From Castellaniella sp. (GTDB taxonomy: Bacteria > Pseudomonadota > Gammaproteobacteria > Burkholderiales > Burkholderiaceae_B), in assembly GCA_035572875.1 (NCBI GenBank), contig DATNAI010000108.1, positions 1 through 42,647 on the forward strand: 42,647 nt of DNA, in the 5' to 3' direction. Of the stretch, positions 41,707 through 42,647 are shown in pieces. The notes under the pieces are model-generated. The model was not told the origin of the DNA. It saw only the letters and a list, made by a program, of their open reading frames with translations, and ran no database searches. Within the stretch, counting starts at the first letter, position 1. The number at the start of each line of letters is the position of its first letter. The position numbers were made by a program, and so were the translations under genes.

Positions 41707-42647
41707 ATGTCTGAAGTAGGTGCTCAATTGCTCAGCGGTCGTTGTGTCTGGGATGCGGCTGAGATCGTCCGGCGGACGAGCTGGCGGAAAGCCATGCCGG
41801 TGCAGCTTCTTGACCAGATCGACGCGGCGGTCAAGGCGTGGCGCCTGCCCGACTGGAGGCAGGTGAACCGCCAGAATTTCCCCCTGGAGGGCAGTGAGCC
41901 TTTCTTCAACGAGGTGCGGGAGGAGCTCGAGAATGGCACTGGCATGGTGCAGATCACGGGCCTGGACGTGTCCCGATACCGCATGGACCAGTTGCGGTGC
42001 ATCTGGTATGCCTTGGGCTGCTACCTGGGCACACCCATGTATCAGAACCGGCGCGGCGAGGCCATGCGTGACATTGAGGACGAGGGCAAGGTCGGAGTCA
42101 GCCTCTATGGGGAGACAGTGGACACCAAGGGCCAGAAATTCCTGTCTTCCGGGGCGCGGACGCTGTCTCCGGGCAAGCTGAGATTCCATACCGACCGTTG
42201 CGACGTCGTCGGGCTGCTGTGCATCCGGCAAGCGGCGGAGGGCGGCGTCAGCAAGCTGGCCAGCAGCGCGACGGTCTATAACGACATCCTGGTCAACCAC
42301 CCGGATCTCCACGCGTTGTTGTGCGAACCGATCCCTCGAAGCCGCTTCGGCGAGGAAGCGGGCGGGGAATTCATCAGCTACGATCTGCCCGTTTTCGGCG
42401 TCAGGGACGGGAAGCTGACGAGCCATTTTTCCTTGACCTATATCGAAAACGCACAGCTGATGGACGGCGTCCGCAAACTCAGCGCCCAGGAGTTCGACGC
42501 CATCCGGCTTCTCCTGGAAACCGCGGACAAGCACAGCTTCTCGATGACATTCAGGCCCGGTGACATCCAGCTGCTCAACAATCATGTGATCTATCACGCC
42601 AGGACCGAGTTCCGGGATGATGCGGAGGCGGGGAAGAAGAGGCTGCT
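41707..42647 (+). CDS. TauD/TfdA-family Fe(II)/2-oxoglutarate dioxygenase, 3' end cut by window edge
   Basis: Missing from the ORF track. ATG 41707 with GGAG SD, MSEVGAQLLSGRCVW..., FHTDRCDVVGLLC (HxD) and GDIQLLNNHVIYHARTEF (distal His). Confidence 0.87.
   Translation, partial: MSEVGAQLLSGRCVWDAAEIVRRTSWRKAMPVQLLDQIDAAVKAWRLPDWRQVNRQNFPLEGSEPFFNEVREELENGTGMVQITGLDVSRYRMDQLRCIWYALGCYLGTPMYQNRRGEAMRDIEDEGKVGVSLYGETVDTKGQKFLSSGARTLSPGKLRFHTDRCDVVGLLCIRQAAEGGVSKLASSATVYNDILVNHPDLHALLCEPIPRSRFGEEAGGEFISYDLPVFGVRDGKLTSHFSLTYIENAQLMDGVRKLSAQEFDAIRLLLETADKHSFSMTFRPGDIQLLNNHVIYHARTEFRDDAEAGKKRL

Noticed and set aside
41682-41714. 10-codon uORF MDSPTGVQYV overlapping the dioxygenase start
   Set aside because: No SD and no regulatory codon pattern; expected by chance.

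Overview
GC-rich betaproteobacterial chromosome segment, almost entirely core metabolic genes. Gene order and protein sequences suggest Alcaligenaceae (Bordetella/Castellaniella-like); this is inference. Order: trpG (cut by left edge), lldD, trpE, gph, rpe, mltA, UbiH/UbiI-type hydroxylase, dsbC, orphan ABC solute-binding protein, PAS-GGDEF-EAL protein, chemoreceptor, galE, HiPIP, thiopurine methyltransferase, DUF4168-like protein, a convergent five-gene hydroxyproline-catabolism cluster, ycgR, three-gene pnt transhydrogenase, asmA, MOSC_N protein, coaD-rsmD, ftsY, ribBX-ribH-nusB-thiL-pgpA-cinA, pyrF, dgkA, a PLP ammonia-lyase, groES-groEL with a perfect CIRCE, a nucleoside 2-deoxyribosyltransferase-family gene and a TauD-family dioxygenase (cut by right edge). 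I saw no IS, prophage, CRISPR, rRNA or tRNA. The most notable unannotated signal is a pair of unrelated tryptophan leader peptides: one is translationally coupled to gph ahead of trpE, the other is apparently leaderless ahead of trpG. Neither has a U-tailed terminator, and in both the Trp codons are complementary to the next ribosome-binding site, which suggests translation-level attenuation. In the trpG leader the gated RBS belongs to an intervening 25-codon ORF. Other signals are a shared operator for the hydroxyproline operons and a four-hairpin intergenic RNA candidate ahead of the EAL gene. All structures were paired by eye; nothing was folded or searched computationally.
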